A DNA stretch of 64,000 nucleotides from Octopus vulgaris (Eukaryota): positions 35,278,001 to 35,342,000 of the forward strand of contig OX597832.1 in assembly GCA_951406725.2 (NCBI GenBank). Direction: 5' to 3'. Below are positions 39,850 to 53,229 of this stretch, in pieces. How positions within the stretch are numbered: position 1 is the first letter of the stretch; every line of letters starts with the position of its first letter. Below the pieces are notes generated by a model that made no database searches, was not told the DNA's origin, and saw only the letters and a program-made list of their open reading frames with translations. The position numbers and the translations under genes were made by a program.

Positions 39850-40423
39850 TGTGTGTGTGTGCATTTATATCTATATATATAAAGATGAGAATGTGTGTCT
39901 GTGTGAATCCCTAAAACTTGAGGACTACACAACCAATTTCATTCAAATTTTAAACATGCCTTACTTAGGGTCCATGTAGTGTCATAGGCCAAAAATGTTT
40001 TTTAACTTCTTGCCTAATGCGAGCCCACAGCAATATCTTCTCCACTATTTCATTATTACGTGTCAAAAGTGAAACAATAACATCTCTCTATTGTAATGTC
40101 AGATACTTTCACTTTAATACTGAAACTATAAGATGGATGACCTGTATGTGGACATCCATTATGCTAGAAGATCTGCTATGGTCTTACCATTAACAAAGGA
40201 ATTGTAAGTCCACAGTAGAAATTACTCAAATTAATATTCAATTTTTCACCCTTATTATCTTAAATTTACATGTATATATATATATATATAGTGACGTATT
40301 TTTGCCATTTCAATATGGCTAACCCCTAAGGGTGGATGCTACTGTAGTTTTTAGCCCCAGGAGGACACACTCCTCCAGCTGGCCATAGACACACTTTCTG
40401 TGTCCTGTCAGTATTTGCAAAGG

Positions 40424-40425
<2 letters not shown>

Positions 40426-40473
<48 letters not shown>

Positions 40474-40677
40474 ATGTATATATATATATATGTATATATA
40501 TATATGTATATATGTATATATATATGTATATATGTATATATATATGTATATATGTATATATATATGTATATATGTATATATATATATATATATACATGTA
40601 TATGTATAGATGTACGTGTAATATGTACACAGATATATACACATATATACATACATACATATACACACATATACATA
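40426..40677. repeat. (TA)n/(TATG)n compound microsatellite
   Basis: Direct inspection. Confidence 0.95.
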
Positions 40678-40980
40678 GGTGCAGGTGTGGCTGTGTGGTA
40701 ACAAACTTGGTTACAAAACATAAGGTCCATGGACTTGGCATGTGTCTTCTGCTACAGCCTCAGATCAACCAAAGCCTTGTCAGTGGATTTTGTAGACAGA
40801 AACTGAAAGAAATCAATCGTATATATATGTATGTATATATATAAGTCTATGTGTGTGTCTTTGTGTTTCTCCCTCATCACTGCTTCACATCTGTTGTTCG
40901 TTTATTTACATCCCCATAACTTACTGGTTTCACAAGAAGACACTGACAGAATAAGTACCAGGCTTATCAAAAAAAAAAAA
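40678..40980 (+). mobile_element. SINE copy of the 19693-20101 family, diverged
   Basis: Head ggtgcaggtgtggctgtgtggta and body gccttgtcagtggattttgtagacagaaactgaaagaa. Confidence 0.8.
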
Positions 40981-41118
40981 AAGAAAAAGAAGCACTAGGC
41001 AGTGTTTCATATTTTTCTTTGCCCACTCAGTTGTATCTATCAATTTATCTTTTTGTGTGTGTGTATAGATATAATACACACGCATACATATATATGTATG
41101 TATATGTGCATATTCATA

Positions 41119-42777
41119 TCTATTATATCAAAGTCAATGTCTTTATGTGTGTTCGTGTGTTATTTATACATTCGAAAACTGCTGCACCGATCATAATGAA
41201 ATTTGGAACACAAAATCCAAGCATTGGGAGAAGGGTAATGCTGTGAGTTTCAGACAATTTCATGGACCAAAATTACTGAATGGATCCTTATGATATTTGA
41301 AACTTAGATTCAATGCATAAGGCCGGGTATAATGCAATATGTTTGGTTTGAATTTCAGATGGCTTAAAGGAGGTAGAACCCCCATGAAAATTCATAAATT
41401 TTTGATGTTGATGAAATTTCATCCATGGGTAATTGACACATCAAGAAGTATTCTCAAAGTTTCCACTTCACATGAGGATTATAAGACACCCTAATGGGGG
41501 CCTTAACTCCCAAATTTTAGTAATTTCTTTTATGATCCAAAACTAGGTCAAAAGTATTGAATGGATCTTTGCGAAATTTGGAAATTATATTCTATGCATT
41601 AGGGCCATAACCCCCATGACAATTCCTATATTTTTGCTGTTGATGAAATTTTAACCATAGATATTAGATACAAATGAAGTAATATTTATAAAATTTTCTT
41701 CTTACAAGTTAGAAAGACCCCTCAATGGGGACTTAACACCCACAATTTTGTCATTTTATCTAAGCAAAGACGGATACAGTTGTACTCTTGGAAGCTGTAG
41801 GGTCACCCGAGCATAGAAGATGAGCATTATTTGTAATTCAATGGTACAGCAGTGTAAGAGTTTGCTTTAGCATATACTTAGATTGTGATTTCTGCAATGT
41901 GGTGCATAAATTGTCAAGTAAATGAGAGGCATCTTTGTCTCCACTGATTCAGTTGTAAAGTTATTTGGTTGCAGACCTCCTTTCAGTCTTTTTATTATCA
42001 CTGGGTCACACATAGTCCCCAGATGGTAACTTTGATTTCAAGGCCTTCCCAGATGAGTGACTAGTTATTCGAAGACATTTATAGATTGTAAATTTATTCT
42101 GTCCAGTTACGTATCAGTATAGTGGTCATTTGCAAACTCCAGAGGTGACACTGTCATTTCTCCTTAGCTCTCATGTCACACAGTTGTTAATGTTTATTTC
42201 AGTTGGGTCACACCCTTCCAATTGCTATAGATTCGTAATGCATCTTACGGCTGTGCCTGTCACCTGGATGGTGAGGAATCCTACATTGGGAGTGGTAACG
42301 ACTAGGGTAGGGTAACTGACTGCTTATTGTGATCATTCATCTTTTGGTTTCCTGTAGCTTTGCTCTCTTTTGCAAACCCAGTGAATATATACTTTCAAAG
42401 AAATTCAAACAATAGATATAAGACTCAAGTTAAAAAGATTCTCAACAATTCAACTTCTCTGGTTGACATTAAGATGCCCCCCAATAGGGGCCTTAACTCT
42501 CACATTTTAGAGCTTCATGACCATTTTTCAGGTGCAAAATCCTTTTAACAGGTTCTATAAGACTGGAATTTTGGAATATGCGTATAAAAATCAGTAGTAT
42601 GGGATACATGTGTTATGATTACGATTTTTTTAGGGTGTGTAAAGAAGGAAAGAACCCGCATCTGCAATTTTGATGAAATTCGAAACATAGGTATTCCACT
42701 TCATTACAGAAAATATAACAGAAAAGTCTAATTCTTCAATTGCATGTAATACAGGTAATGCCGGGTACCTCTGCTAG
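41119..42777 (+). mobile_element. Non-autonomous Helitron-like element with internal repeats
   Basis: A|TC start, CTAG|T end preceded by a GC-rich subterminal motif (caggtaatgccgggtacc), no TSD, internal ~290-bp direct repeats. Confidence 0.7.
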
Positions 42778-43126
42778 TGTATATATAAATGTGTATGAAT
42801 GTATGCATACATGTGTGTGTGGAGTGTAGGTATATACATATGAATAGGTCTGAGCACGTGTAGGTCAGTCTCTGTCTCCTATTTTCTTTTTGTCTGTATG
42901 TGTATGTATGTCTATGGATATGTATTTCATATATATGTGTGTATATATATATATATGTAGATGTATATGAAGGGGTGCTGAAAAGTTCCTGACAAATCTC
43001 ATATTCATAAACAACACAAATTTTTTATCTATCCCTGGGTTCACAAAAATTGATTTACAAAAGAGAAACTCATAATATAATCAGACACCTTGAATTGCAT
43101 TTCAAAAAGATGATGTAACTCTTTAA

Positions 43127-43345
43127 CCCTTTAGTGTTCAGATTATTCTATCAAACATAATGCTTATTGATTCCCATTGATTTGAATTAATCATGCATTA
43201 TCTCATATCTTCAAGATCTTGATGGTGTAATTACTTAATGTAGAATAACATTGTAGGGTAGGTGTGAGAGCCTGGATCTGGTCAGTTTGAACATAAAACA
43301 GATTAGCTATTTTGGCCGGATATGGCCGGTTTAAATACTAAAGGG
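43127..43345. mobile_element. piggyBac-type MITE with TTAA TSD
   Basis: TTAA|CCCTTTAGT...ACTAAAGGG|TTAA. Confidence 0.92.
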
Positions 43346-43864
43346 TTAAAGTTATAAAACAAAGAATTGTCAGAATAAAACATTAAAGTTAATGTCTGTC
43401 AAACTTGATGCATAAGAAAATTGGACATTTCATTCATAATTACCTGATAGATGTGTATATATATGCCACAGTGTGACACCTTGGTCAAGTGTCTTCTACT
43501 GTAGCTCCAGGCCAACCTAAGCCTTGTGAGTGGATTTGATAGATAGAAACTGAAAGAAGCCTGTTGTGCGTGTATGTGTGTGATTTATATTTGTCTGTGT
43601 TTGTCTCTCCTCATCTTGATGTCATGTGATAGTTGTAGATGAGTGTTTCTGTCATACAGTGTCCTATATTTCCACTTTAACATGGAAACATGCTTGATCG
43701 TGGGAAAGTAGTACTTTGCTTGGAACCAGGCAGGGATTGGTAACAGGAAGGCCATTAGGGCGTCTGGCCACCAAACAATTCTGTATCAATAAACTCCAAC
43801 TGAGTTATGCAAGCATGGAAAAGTGGGCATTAAAACAATGATAAAGGTTAAGTAAATTGTGTTG

Positions 43865-44245
43865 GCAACATATAAAAGCACCCAGTATACTCTGTAAAGT
43901 GGTTGGCATTAAGGGCAAACAGTTGTAGAAACCGTACCAAATCAGACTGGAATCTGGTGCAGCCCCTCAGCTTACCAGTCCTGGTCAAACCATCCAACCC
44001 ATGCCAGCATGGAAAAACTACATTAAATGATGATGATGATGAATAGCCAAGTGAAATTGAAGTGAAATTGCAGTTGTGGAAGGTACTGGTGTCCCGCAAA
44101 TGGCACCCATACTGGTAGAATGTAAAAGCACCCATTAAACTCTTGGAGTGGTTGGCAATAGGAAGAGCATCCAGCTGTAGAAACAAAGATTGGAGCCTGA
44201 TGCAGCTGCTGGCTCTCCTGACCTCAGTCAAACCGTCCAACACAT
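43865..44245 (+). mobile_element. Two tandem RTE 3'-tail copies
   Basis: aaaagcaccc...gtggttggca...tgtagaaac...ccaacccatgccagcatgg...(ATG)n, followed by a second partial copy. Confidence 0.8.
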
Positions 44246-44446
44246 GCATGTATATGTATATATAAATGTGTGTGTATGAATGTATGCATACATGTGTGTG
44301 TGGAGTGTAGGTATATACATATGAATAGGTCTGAGCACGTGTAGGTCAGTCTCTGTCTCCTATTTTCTTTTTGTCTGTATGTGTATGTATGTCTATGGAT
44401 ATGTATTTCATATATATGTGTGTATATATATATATATAGATGTATA

Positions 44447-44663
44447 TGAAGGGGTGCTGAAAAGTTCCTGACTTTGGGTAAAAGAAAATACATGAGTATC
44501 AGTTAATTATGATTTTATTCAACATATTCTCCTCTCAGATTCACATACCTATTGAAGTGGTTCTTCAGTTTTTCTAAACCCTGTAAAAGAACTCAGAATG
44601 TTGGGCCTCCAACCAGGTCTTTCACGATACTCTTAAAGCCAGCAACTTTTTAGCACCACTTCA
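44447..44663. mobile_element. mariner-type MITE with TA TSD
   Basis: TA|TGAAGGGGTGCTGAAAAGTT...AACTTTTTAGCACCACTTCA|TA. Confidence 0.85.
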
Positions 44664-45091
44664 TATATACTCATGTCTGAGTAGGTGTAAGTGCCTCTGT
44701 GTGTTGTGTGTGTGGGTGCACTTTTTGAGAGTATGTGTGATTGCATGTGCGTAAATATACATAAATTTTCCGACTAGTAAATCTAATAGCCTCTTGGACA
44801 TGCACCTCTTTATATACATTACTAATGATTTTCTCACTTGTAAGGCCTTGCCTGTATATTGTACAAATGTAATTCTTTTTTTTTCCCCAAATAAATTGCA
44901 CTCATATTTCAGGCTTTGATGAAGCTACTGGATGTTATTCAGGCACTCAACTATGAGTCCACTACATCTTATAGTAGAAATAGCAGTAAGCTAATGAAGT
45001 TCATAACACAGCCATTGTTCTTCCTGTGTCATCTTTTTTTCTTATATACATTTATGTCTCATGAGTCACTGGAGCCACATAAAAGCACCTG

Positions 45092-45281
45092 CGTCAGTGC
45101 TGTGTAAAAGCACCCAGTCCACACTCTGTAAAGTGGTTGGCATTAGGAAGGGCCTCGTCCAGCTGTAGAAACCATGCCAAAAGAGACATGCTATCCTGGC
45201 AGTTCTTCAGTTGGCTAGCTCCTGCCAAACTGTCCAACCCATGCCAGGATAGAAAACAGACATGGGTTGATGATGATGATT
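45092..45281 (+). mobile_element. RTE 3'-tail repeat
   Basis: Matches 47550-47727 and ends in (ATG)n immediately before the long LINE copy. Confidence 0.8.
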
Positions 45282-45284
45282 TTG

Positions 45285-47727
45285 ACAAAAGAAACAGGCT
45301 TGGAGGGACTGGAAGAACGGAGGTAGCAGGGAATTGTATCAGACTGCCAGAAGGGAAGCTAGGAGACAGGTTTATTTAGCCAAAGGGGAAGCAGATAAGA
45401 AAAAATTTGCCAATGTTCTGCGCCGTGAGGACTAAAGACTTGAAGTATTTCGTGTTGCAAGACAGTACGTGAGAAAGAATTGTGATGTCATAGGAGAGAA
45501 ATGTGTCTGCATGAATGATGGTTCACTTGCACTAAATGAGGCTGCAAAGAGAGAGGTTTGGAGATGCCACTATGAAAGGTTACTCAATAAAGAGAATGAA
45601 TGGGAGAAAGAGAGTTTGCTGAATGCCGACCCAACAGAGGGACCAGCTATCCGAATTGACAGTACCTTGGTAGTTAATGCAATCAAGAGTATGAAGGCAG
45701 GGAAAGCCCCCGGCCCATCAGGAATCACTGCAAAGATGCTCAAAATACCTGGCAGTGTCGGCTATAGCCTAGTCACCCGTATAGTTAACCAGGTGATGCA
45801 CAAAGGAGTCATACCCAATGACTGGTGTAGCAGCATAATAGTCAACTGCTACAAAGGTAAAGGTGACGCTCTAGATACAAATAATTACAGAGGTATCAAG
45901 TTGCTGGATCAAGTAATGAAGGTCACGGAGAGGGTCATAGCCCAACTAATTAGAGAGAGAGAGTCAGTTTAGATGAGATGCAGTTTGGGTTCGTGCCAGG
46001 GAAAAGTACCACTGATGCTATATTCCTGGTAAGACAGCTGCAGGAGAAATACCTAGCCAAAGATAAACCTCTGTACCTGGCTTTCATTGATATGGAGAAA
46101 GCCTTTGACAGGGTCCTCCGATCCCTTATCTGGTGGTCAATGAGGAAACTAGGGATAGATGAATGGTTAGTGTGAACCATGTACAGGGACACTGTTAGTA
46201 AGGTGAGGGTTAGCAACGAGTACAGTGAAGAATTCTGGGTAGAGGTAAGGGTACACCAAGGTTCAGTTCTCAGCCCCCTCCTATTTATCATAGTCCTCCA
46301 GGCAATAAAAGAGGAATTCAAGACAGGATGCCCCTGGGAGCTCCTCTATGCTGATGACCTTGCTCTAATTGCTGAGTCACTATCAGAACTGGAGGAGAAG
46401 TTCCAGGTGTGGAAGCAAGGATTAGAATCGAAGGGCCTTAGAGTCAACCTAGCTAAAACCAAAGTCCTAATAAGTAGGAAGGTAGACAAATCACAAATGC
46501 CTTCAGGTAGATGGCCTTGCTTGATCATTAGAAAAGGCGTAGGTAGAAACTCTATAAGATGCACCAAGTGTAAGCTATGGACACATAAGAGGTGCAGCAA
46601 TGTCAGAGGAAGGCTAACTAGGAAGATAGTTTTTGTATGTGGCAGATGCTCAGGAGCAATAAACACTGAAAATGCGCAGAAACCAACTTCCGCCACATTC
46701 CAGGGAGAAAAACTAGAAGTAGTTGATAGCTTCTGTTACCTAGGTGACCAAGTCAGTAGCGGGGGCAGGTGTACTGAAAGTGTAACTGCTAGAGTAAGAA
46801 TAGCCTGGGCAAAATTCAGAGAGTTCTTACCCCTGCTGGTGACAAAAGGCCTCTCGCTCAGAGTAAAAGGCAGACTGTATGACGCATGTGTCCGAACAGC
46901 CATGCTACATGGCAGTGAAACATGGGCTGTGACTGCTGAGGATATGCGTAAGCTAGCAAGAAATGAAGCCAGTATGCTCCGATGGATGTGTAATGTCAGT
47001 GTTCATACCCGACAGAGTGTAAGTACCTTGAGAGAAAAGTTGGACCTAAGAAGCATCAGTTGTGGTGTGCAAGAGAGACGTTTGCGCTGGTATGGTCATG
47101 TGGTGAGAATGGATGAAGATAGTTGTGTGAAAAAGTGCCACACCCTAGCGGTTGAGGGAACCTGTGGAAGAGGTAGACCCAGGAAAACCTGGGACGAGTT
47201 GATGAAGCACGACCGAGACCTTTGGAAGTATGCTGTGCGTGAGAAGACCCGGCAGGACAAGTGAGACCATAACCCATGGCCTCTACCTGGGATGCAGCCA
47301 GTCCACTTATGCATACCTTTCCTTCTTGGGACACAAAACTCTACTCGCGAAGACCTGTTGAGGCATGTGAAATCGAAATCGATCAAAATCAATGGAAATT
47401 GCAGCTGTGATACCAGTGCTGGAGGCACGTAAGAGAACCATCCGGACGTGGCCATTGCCAGGGCCGCCGCCGTCTGGCCTCCATGCTGGTGGAACGTAAA
47501 AAGCACCATCCAATCGTGGCCGTTGCCAGCCTCGTCTGGCACCTGTGCTGGTGACACGTAAAAAGCACCCACTACACTCACGGAGTGGTTGGCATTAGGA
47601 AGGGCATCCAGCTGTAGAAACACTGCCAGATCAAACTGGACCTGGTGCAGCCTTCTGGCTTCCCAGACCCCAGTTGAACTGTCCAACCCATGCTAGCATG
47701 GAAAGCGGACGTTAAACGATAATGAAG
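45285..47727 (+). mobile_element. 5'-truncated RTE-clade LINE: RT with inserted PHD-type finger and complete 3'UTR
   Basis: KAPGPSG, YRGIKLL, QFGF, DMEKAFD, HQGSVLSPLLF, LYADD (YADD at 46347-46358), YLG, RRLRWYGHV and RGRPRKTW motifs; stops at ~45433 and 46173; frameshift in the (AG)n run near 45960. Confidence 0.97.
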
Positions 47728-48045
47728 ATATATATATATATACACAAACATACATGCATATATATATACACACACATACATATATATATATACACACATA
47801 CATACAAATATACACACATACATATATAGACACACACATACATATACACACACATACATATATATATATACACACACATACATACACACATATATACACA
47901 CATACATACATATACACACACATACATATATATATACACACATACATACATATATACACACATACATACATACACACACACATACATACATACATACATA
48001 CACACATACATACATATATACACACATACATACATATATACACAC

Positions 48046-48096
<51 letters not shown>

Positions 48097-48152
48097 CATG
48101 TATATATATATATATATACACACACACACATAGATACATACATATATATATG
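47728..48152. repeat. (TA)/(CA)/(CATA) compound microsatellite
   Basis: Direct inspection. Confidence 0.95.
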
Positions 48153-49399
48153 TGACATTTTACACCCCTTGAAGTGGCCAATTTCTAAAAGCCAAAAATC
48201 ATTTACAGTTGTAAAAATTTAAACACTTTTTTTTTTACATTTAACATTCCTTTCAGATATGCAGACATCCACACACACACACACACTCTCTCACAAGACA
48301 ATGATAAAAAGGAAATCCAGACAATTTTTGGAAAAGTGACATTTTGCATCCCTTTGGAGTAAACAGCCTGACCAGCCTCACTTTCTCCCCATTCATCACC
48401 CTCTTGTGCTATTTTATATCTCTTACCACCACTACACATCTCAATAACACTATAAAAATAGTCAAATTTTTCCCAAGAACTTAGTTCAATTTGAAAACTC
48501 CGCTAGAATGGATGAAAGTGCTAATATATGATATATGATATATAAAAACATCAAGTATAAAAACTTCAAAGGCAAAATTGCTACACTTCCAATGTTGAAA
48601 AAAAAAAACAGGTCTCAAAAAATTTTTCGTATTTATACTTGTATTTAGGCAGGAAAGGCTTTATCGCATGTTATCTCAAAGCTACAAGAATTCAATAACA
48701 TGATTTGTTTATTTTTTTAGCAATTTTGTAGAGAAGCCATTTATAGATGGTTGTAACCAATTTGAACAAATAAAGGAGAAATTATTTCAGTCAGATACAG
48801 CTGGTCTGAAGAAATAAAGGAAAGGTTATTTCAGTCAGATACAGCTGGTCTGAATGCTAAAGGATTAAAGATGAACTTCTGGACCAAGAAGGCAATCTTT
48901 CGAGGAAAGATGCTTTGGTCACTATATGAAATTCTCGTAATGCGAGCTATGAGAAAACTAAGAAAAAGAATGAGAAACTTTAATAATTAACAACTGTAAA
49001 GTAGTCAACATCCGCCATGCTACTTTAGATTTTAGTACAGTTCTTTTCAAGTATTTCTATAAACCAAATCCACATCTAAATTGTTAAACAACTTCCAAAT
49101 TACCCAAAACCAGTCATACATTCCTTAGTAAATGCTCTCTGAAAATCTGGATATCCTCAACCAAAATGCTATAACGAGGCTCTAGCTAAGGCCAATTATA
49201 AAGTAAAAATATCTCCTGAATAGCAATTATTTTCCTTCCACTGCTAATCACGTGAGACCATCTGATGGATACCCTACTGTGACTAATACTTATAACATTA
49301 ATAATACTGTTGGAAATAGTAAAAATTTAGACACTTGAAACAAATAAAATCACATTCCAACTGTTGGAAACATTAAGGATAGCAGTGATAATACTATTG

Positions 49400-50620
49400 G
49401 TAACTCTAGTGGTACTAAATTTCACAACTAAATAACGTTAGGTATCATAACAAAAATGATGATGACAAATATATACTGTCAGACTATAATAATATTAATA
49501 AGGGCTTCCCTTGAGATATGCTCAATATAACTGCATAAGATCTCTAATGTAAATCATATGATTTTGCACAATAGGCATAAACAAAATAAAAATAACTATG
49601 AATTGAGAAATAAAACTTATTACAGTAAAAAAAATTACTCAAAATAATACTAATAACCCAGTAATTGTAGCCAAACAAGATAATTTGAAAAAAAGATAAT
49701 ATAGTCATTACAATAGTAATGCAGGATGTACAAATAATAACCAAAATTGCTTTAGATCCTACTACAGCTAATAAGTTTAGAAATAAAAATAGATTAAGTA
49801 GGTGCTTTTTGTGGTTCAACTCCAACTTTAGTCGAAATATTTCTTCAGCATGACTGGTAAATTTTTCTAAGCTTTAGACAAACAGTTCCCTATATGCAGC
49901 CCATATATAAAATTTTTAAAAGACACACAGTTAAACTGATTTCCTCTACCATGCAAAATATATAGCAAGATTTAACCCTGATAAATTAAATCCTACAACT
50001 TGTAACACTATAACTACCAACCACTCGTGTAATAGATCTTAGTCATCTCAATAACTGCATAACTATAAGTAATACAATTGATTAACATATTGATGCATCT
50101 CATTCTAATAATAGAACTACTAATGATAGTCGAACTAGACCCATTATACCTACCATTAATCAAACTAACCTGGCTTTATGCAAGTGTCACAATAAATCAT
50201 TGTGTCCAATCAATACCCAATGCCTTAAGAGAAATAGTAAGTGCTCTGTTACTGCACTTGATAAAGTACATATTAGTGTCCTCTTCCTCATTCAAACTTT
50301 GCTGGAATAATCACAGATCTACACTTAGACACAAAAATGAGGTTAGTAGTACTCCTTTAGCTAATCTGTACATTGTAACTGTTAATGTTGAATATAAAAT
50401 TGCTTGATCCATCTCCTGTAATGCACAGCCATATAAAGGTGGTGGTGGTGGTGGTTGCTGTGGGCTGTGTATATTGAGGCACTCCATATTAGTAGAATTA
50501 ATTTGAATATTATTAATCAGCATGATAAAATGATTATAAGATGCCAGCATCTTAAAACTAAATAATTCCTATATACTATGTATACCTAAACTTAAATTTC
50601 CTGATCAGCCCCACACCAAT
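49400..50620 (-). mobile_element. Very degenerate Penelope-like C-terminal remnant (thumb/GIY-YIG), tentative
   Basis: SYNHFIMLINNIQ...PLYGCAL, RKRTLIC, LIYQG and YMGC fragments occur in the order of PLE motifs SNHPPxIIKNIP..PxYxxAL, RKRNIIW, VYQA and YIG. Confidence 0.4.
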
Positions 50621-50749
50621 AAATTCTATGACTGAGCAATGTGAATGACTAAATTCCTATTTAAAAAGGACCGTAACCCATTCTCCCTCTTTGCAATATA
50701 TAGCACATTTCATCATATTGTCATTCCAGTGTCAAATAAAATTACTTAA

Positions 50750-51825
50750 CCCTTTCGTTACCAAACCGCCCGAAAACAATTTTGGTTAATGTGACCAAAC
50801 TGCCCAAACCCGCCCGTATTTACCTATTCATATTTAAATGAGAATATCAGAGCAAATCTCTTTAGTACATTCGTGAAAACACGTATTATACTTCGTAAAC
50901 AGTTCAACTACAGTTTTGTACAACAATCGAAGTGTAATTTTAATTCCGTGAATTTTGGGAGATTTTTTCCTGAAATTTGTTCCTTTTGAGTTTTCAAAAT
51001 TTGTAATTCTGACAAAAAATGGATACGAATTTCATTATATCAAGCAGCGAGTCAGAATTCGAAGGATTTTCTACTGAAGACCTTCATAAATCTAACTCTA
51101 TGACTGAAAAAAAAAAGCACATGGTATTTGATAATGAATCTGATGTTTCATTTTCCGAAAGTGAAAACAGTGAATCCGAGAGCTCCGACAGCGATAAAGA
51201 AAATGAATTGGCACCTGAATGGAGTGAAAATTTAAAAACTGTTTCTTTCGGTGATTTTTCTGAAGAAACTGGACCAAGCCACAGACTTTCACAGGAGAGT
51301 AAAGCCTTAGACTATTTCTTTTTACTTTTTCAAATGAGCCTATTTGAAATCATTACGGCGGAAACGAACCGTTACGCTAAATGTAAACAAAGCGAAAGAA
51401 AGGATAGTTAGTGGTTTCCCATAACCTTAAATGAAATTAAGACTATTTTACCATAAATATTATTATGGGTATCAGAAAGTTACCCAGAATAACAAATTCT
51501 ATCGTAAAATTTTGTTGTATACCGAATTGAATATTAGCTAATAACCCATTTTCTATAGCGATGTTTGAACAAAATTTTAATAATTTTATATTTTGTTGAA
51601 TTTACCTGTATCTACCTGCAATTAGAGTCACTTTGTGACAAAAATTATAGTATAGAATTGGTTGAGAACACTTCATTAACTTATCTTCCAAAAATCACTT
51701 TAATATATTAATAAATAAAAAAGTTATAGTTGTTTAATGAAACCAGACTAAATTTATGATTATGTTAGAAATTAATTGAAACACATAAGGGGTGTATTTT
51801 GGTCAGAAATATAGTAACGAAAGGG
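50750..51825 (+). mobile_element. Non-autonomous piggyBac, internal deletion, TTAA TSD
   Basis: TTAA|CCCTTTCGTTAC...GTAACGAAAGGG|TTAA. ORF 51019-51411 is the acidic N-terminus ending near ITAETNRYA; the DDD core is absent. Confidence 0.95.
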
Positions 51826-52504
51826 TTAATAACTTATGGCTATTTAGCATTCCAGTCTCTCATACCCATACCTGTTACATCCCAAACCGAAGTTGTTACT
51901 ATTTTATGACTGCTCTGTTTCTAACATTTTGGGATCTAAATTTCCTTTAATTCTTGATTTAATTTTAGATGTTATTTTTTATTACATATGATTTATTTAA
52001 ATTTCACTTTCAATAAACCCAGATTTACCTAATAAGAGTGTTTACCCTTTAGCCTTAGTCACTGGCTACATATATTCTTGCATACATTTGTGTAGGTGCT
52101 TATATATGTGTATATGTACATGTATATATATCCACATGCATTGGTGCATAGGCATACTGGTATGATTGTGTGTGTGTATGGATTTGTATGTGTGTTTATA
52201 AGGGGTGAAGGAGTCCACTGATGCATGACAGTGAAGATCTAAATAGAAGTATTGATAATAGTCAAAGGAAGAATGAGTGAGAGACAACATGTATCTGGGT
52301 AGGAGACCAGAGGTAAGCATCATGCAAGGGAAGAGCGAGAGATGTATGCTGGTGGCTCAGGAGGGTGATCAAAGTGAAATGTGGGTGGAGAGGACAGCAT
52401 AAAGATGAAGGAGGAATCTAGTGAAATGGTTCTGGGCAGTGAGAAAGATTAATGATGTCAAAGAAAAGTTGCAATAAGAGTGTCACGAAGAGGAAATTAG
52501 ACAA

Positions 52505-52960
52505 AGGTCCCAGTTGTGCATAGATAGACTCATAACAGTGAGGAACTAACAAAATGCAACATATCAGGTATTGAAGCCATCCTCATCAAAATACAGCTTA
52601 GATGGTCAGGCTCACGTAAGAGTGGTATCAGAATTCCAAAGAAACTTCTCTTAGGCCAATTCCCAACAGGAAGGTCAGTTGGAAGGCCACTTTTGCACTT
52701 CAAAGACAAACTAAAAGACAATCTGAAGCGATGCACCATTCTGTTTTCTTCCTGGGAAAAACAAAGCATCAGAACGCAGGACCTGGTGCCAGTCCTGCTT
52801 CTCCTCAGTTCAAAAATTTGAGCAAAGTTGACTCCAACATCAGGATTAACTTTATGCAAGCAAGAAGGCAAAACACTGCTCCTCCTCTAAATGGAAATCT
52901 CACCTGTCATTGCAGTTTTGTGACACGGAACAAAACAGGCCTTGTTGTCCCCTCAAGAAA
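52505..52960 (+). mobile_element. RTE (BovB-like) C-terminal fragment
   Basis: IEAILIKIQLRWSG, RIPKKLLLGQ and RSVGRPLLHFKDKLKDNLK motifs. Confidence 0.85.
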
Positions 52961-53229
52961 GCATATAGCGAATGATCCACAAATACTCAAGCAAACTGAG
53001 TCCACAACTTGTTACATTTACTGAAAGGTTTGCAAAGCACTAGCAGGTGTCAAGAGACACATCCATGTACATAGAACATGATTAACACTTTATTTACTGA
53101 ACCGTCATTTGTCATTCATGACAAGAGAATCCATCATATATATACACACACACACAGTGCCTCAAGAACTCAGTTTCATCAAGTTGGGTGGGTTTGTTAG
53201 GGAACCATATATTGCCTTGTTGTCTGATC

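Noticed and set aside
47578-48181. Long Y/I/C/V/M- and H/T-rich ORFs (also 40319-40844 and 23462-23885)
   Set aside because: They are translations of microsatellites, not proteins.
49544-50407. Hydrophobic AT-rich ORFs suggesting a mitochondrial insertion or membrane protein
   Set aside because: No recognisable mitochondrial protein motifs; composition and faint PLE-like fragments explain the region better.
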